Shown here in pieces: positions 62,590 to 64,000 of a stretch of DNA of 64,000 nucleotides. The DNA is taken from the NCBI RefSeq assembly GCF_036321535.1, contig NC_087447.1:42410001-42474000 (forward strand). The letters are read 5' to 3'. Below the pieces are notes generated by a model. The model was given only the letters and a program-made list of their open reading frames with translations, was not told the DNA's origin and did no database searches. The position numbers and the translations under genes were made by a program. Origin of the DNA: Camelus dromedarius. Its lineage: Eukaryota. Within the stretch, counting starts at the first letter, position 1; each line of letters starts with the position of its first letter.

Positions 62590-63714
62590 AAGTGAAGTAT
62601 AGTCAGTTTACAATATTGCATCATCTATTGCTTTTTCATTGGAAAGCCTGGTGAGCAGCTTTCCTAGGTACATAGAGCCTTCTAAAAGGCCTTGTAGCTT
62701 GTCCAAGGTGGGGAGCAGCTCACTATCTACAGTCTGGATATTTGTTTGTGAATGTCTGACTCCTGAGCACCACAGTCAGCTGGTGGTGTGGTCCAAGGTA
62801 TAGGCTGTCTCTTCAAGGAGCAGTTACCTTCTTCACTTTATGCTGCAGGAGCTGTAAATTTACCTCCATTTTATTTGTACAAGGGATGAGGGAGAGAGTG
62901 ACGAGTGCAGTGTAAGATGGTTTTCTTTAGCTACCAAAACTCTGCTTACTAGTCTTACTGTTTTTTTAAGCTGTCTCTATTTAAAAAGTGCTGATAGTAA
63001 TGAAGTAGTCGTCTAAAAGTAAGGACAAGGTTAATTCTCGTTTAGTTAGACATTTGCATTCCCTTCTCACTACATTGTGCCCCATTAATCAAAGATGACA
63101 GAAGATGATCTCTGATTTGCACAGGGTTCAGAAAATTACCTGGAAGATAAGGAGAATTGAATGCTGGGGCAGTGAGTGAGTTAAAGATAAAATACAAGCT
63201 GGTTTTTTCAACATGCACCAAAAACAGAAGTGAGTTGGTGTAATACTATTCTGATGGGCAGTCTGTTTCAGAAATGTTTGTAATAGGGAAGTTACAGTAG
63301 CATCTTTTAATGCAGGAAGTAAACTGATTATAGCATGAGTGGCACTAAATTGGTGACCAATGTCACCAGTCAATTCTGGGACAACTCTAGGATATCCCAG
63401 AATACCAATATGCAAAGGTTGGTATAATAACCTGGTTGTATCCATTCTCAGAGGAAAAAATTCTGTCACTCTTGCTGTAGATAATGTGAACCAGACCTTT
63501 TAGGATTGGTATTGATGTGGTGAGGTGAGGCAATCCATATGACGTTTTGTTCTGGGCCTAGAGAGGGGAATAGCTCAGCTGCCTTCAGAGAGTTCTGTCC
63601 CAGGTGTAGCTTTAAATGCTTGAATTGTGTTGCCTGCAGCCTCTGCTTTAAAACCTTGACAGGTTGTTAAAAAAACATAATTTTTTTAACTTAAAAACTC
63701 TACTTTTTTAAACA

Positions 63715-64000
63715 TTGAACTTTTTATTTGAGATAATTGTAGATTCATATGCTGTTGGAAGAAATAATACAGAGAAATTACCTTGTACCCTTTACCCAAA
63801 GGTAACATCTTGCAAAACTATAGTATACTGTCACAACCAGAATGTTGTCATTGATACAATCAAGATACCGAATAGTTCCATCACCACAAGAATTCTTGGG
63901 ATTGGTCTTTTATAGCCACCCTCTCCCCATCCCTGACCTCTAGGAACCACTAATCTGTTTAATTTCTATAATTTTGCCATTTCAAGAATGTTATACACCT
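63715..64000 (-). mobile_element. L1MC-type 3' end (antisense), running off the window
   Basis: 'gagataattgtagattcatatgctgttggaagaaataatacagaga..ggtaacatcttgcaaaactatagta..ggaaccactaatctgtt'. Confidence 0.75.

Noticed and set aside
62661..62720. Possible DENND5A exon 2 (TAG|GTACATAGAGCCTTCTAAA...)
   Set aside because: Only superficial similarity; the translation does not continue the expected DENND5A sequence as I recall it, and I found no downstream DENND5A exon in the window.

Overview
This is mammalian genomic DNA. It is most likely a camelid (alpaca/llama/camel), judged from about ten copies of a tRNA-derived vic-1-type SINE. The window holds the complete 7-exon TMEM41B (Stasimon) gene on the + strand: CDS join 9222-9342, 16126-16243, 18375-18503, 21568-21661, 22295-22399, 23802-23940, 25516-25685 (876 nt, 291 aa). 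Intron 3 is a clear U12 minor-spliceosome intron. Downstream on the same strand are the CpG-island promoter and first coding exon of DENND5A (42894-43002), whose intron 1 appears to run off the end of the window. The rest is mostly interspersed repeats (L1, L2, MIR, SINE, a MER68-like solo LTR, DNA-transposon fossils) and microsatellites. I see no evidence of a new multi-gene system, and nearly all ORFs in the supplied track are non-coding or repeat-derived. The most interesting details are: the U12 intron and its in-frame read-through stop; Val at TMEM41B position 266; inverted SINEs around exon 6; a possible DENND5A uORF next to a GCG repeat; a retroposed LTR-like transcript nested in a putative retrocopied 3'UTR; two SINEs stacked at one target site; and a template-switch palindrome inside an L1. 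Repeat-family names and comparisons to human come from memory, not from a database search.
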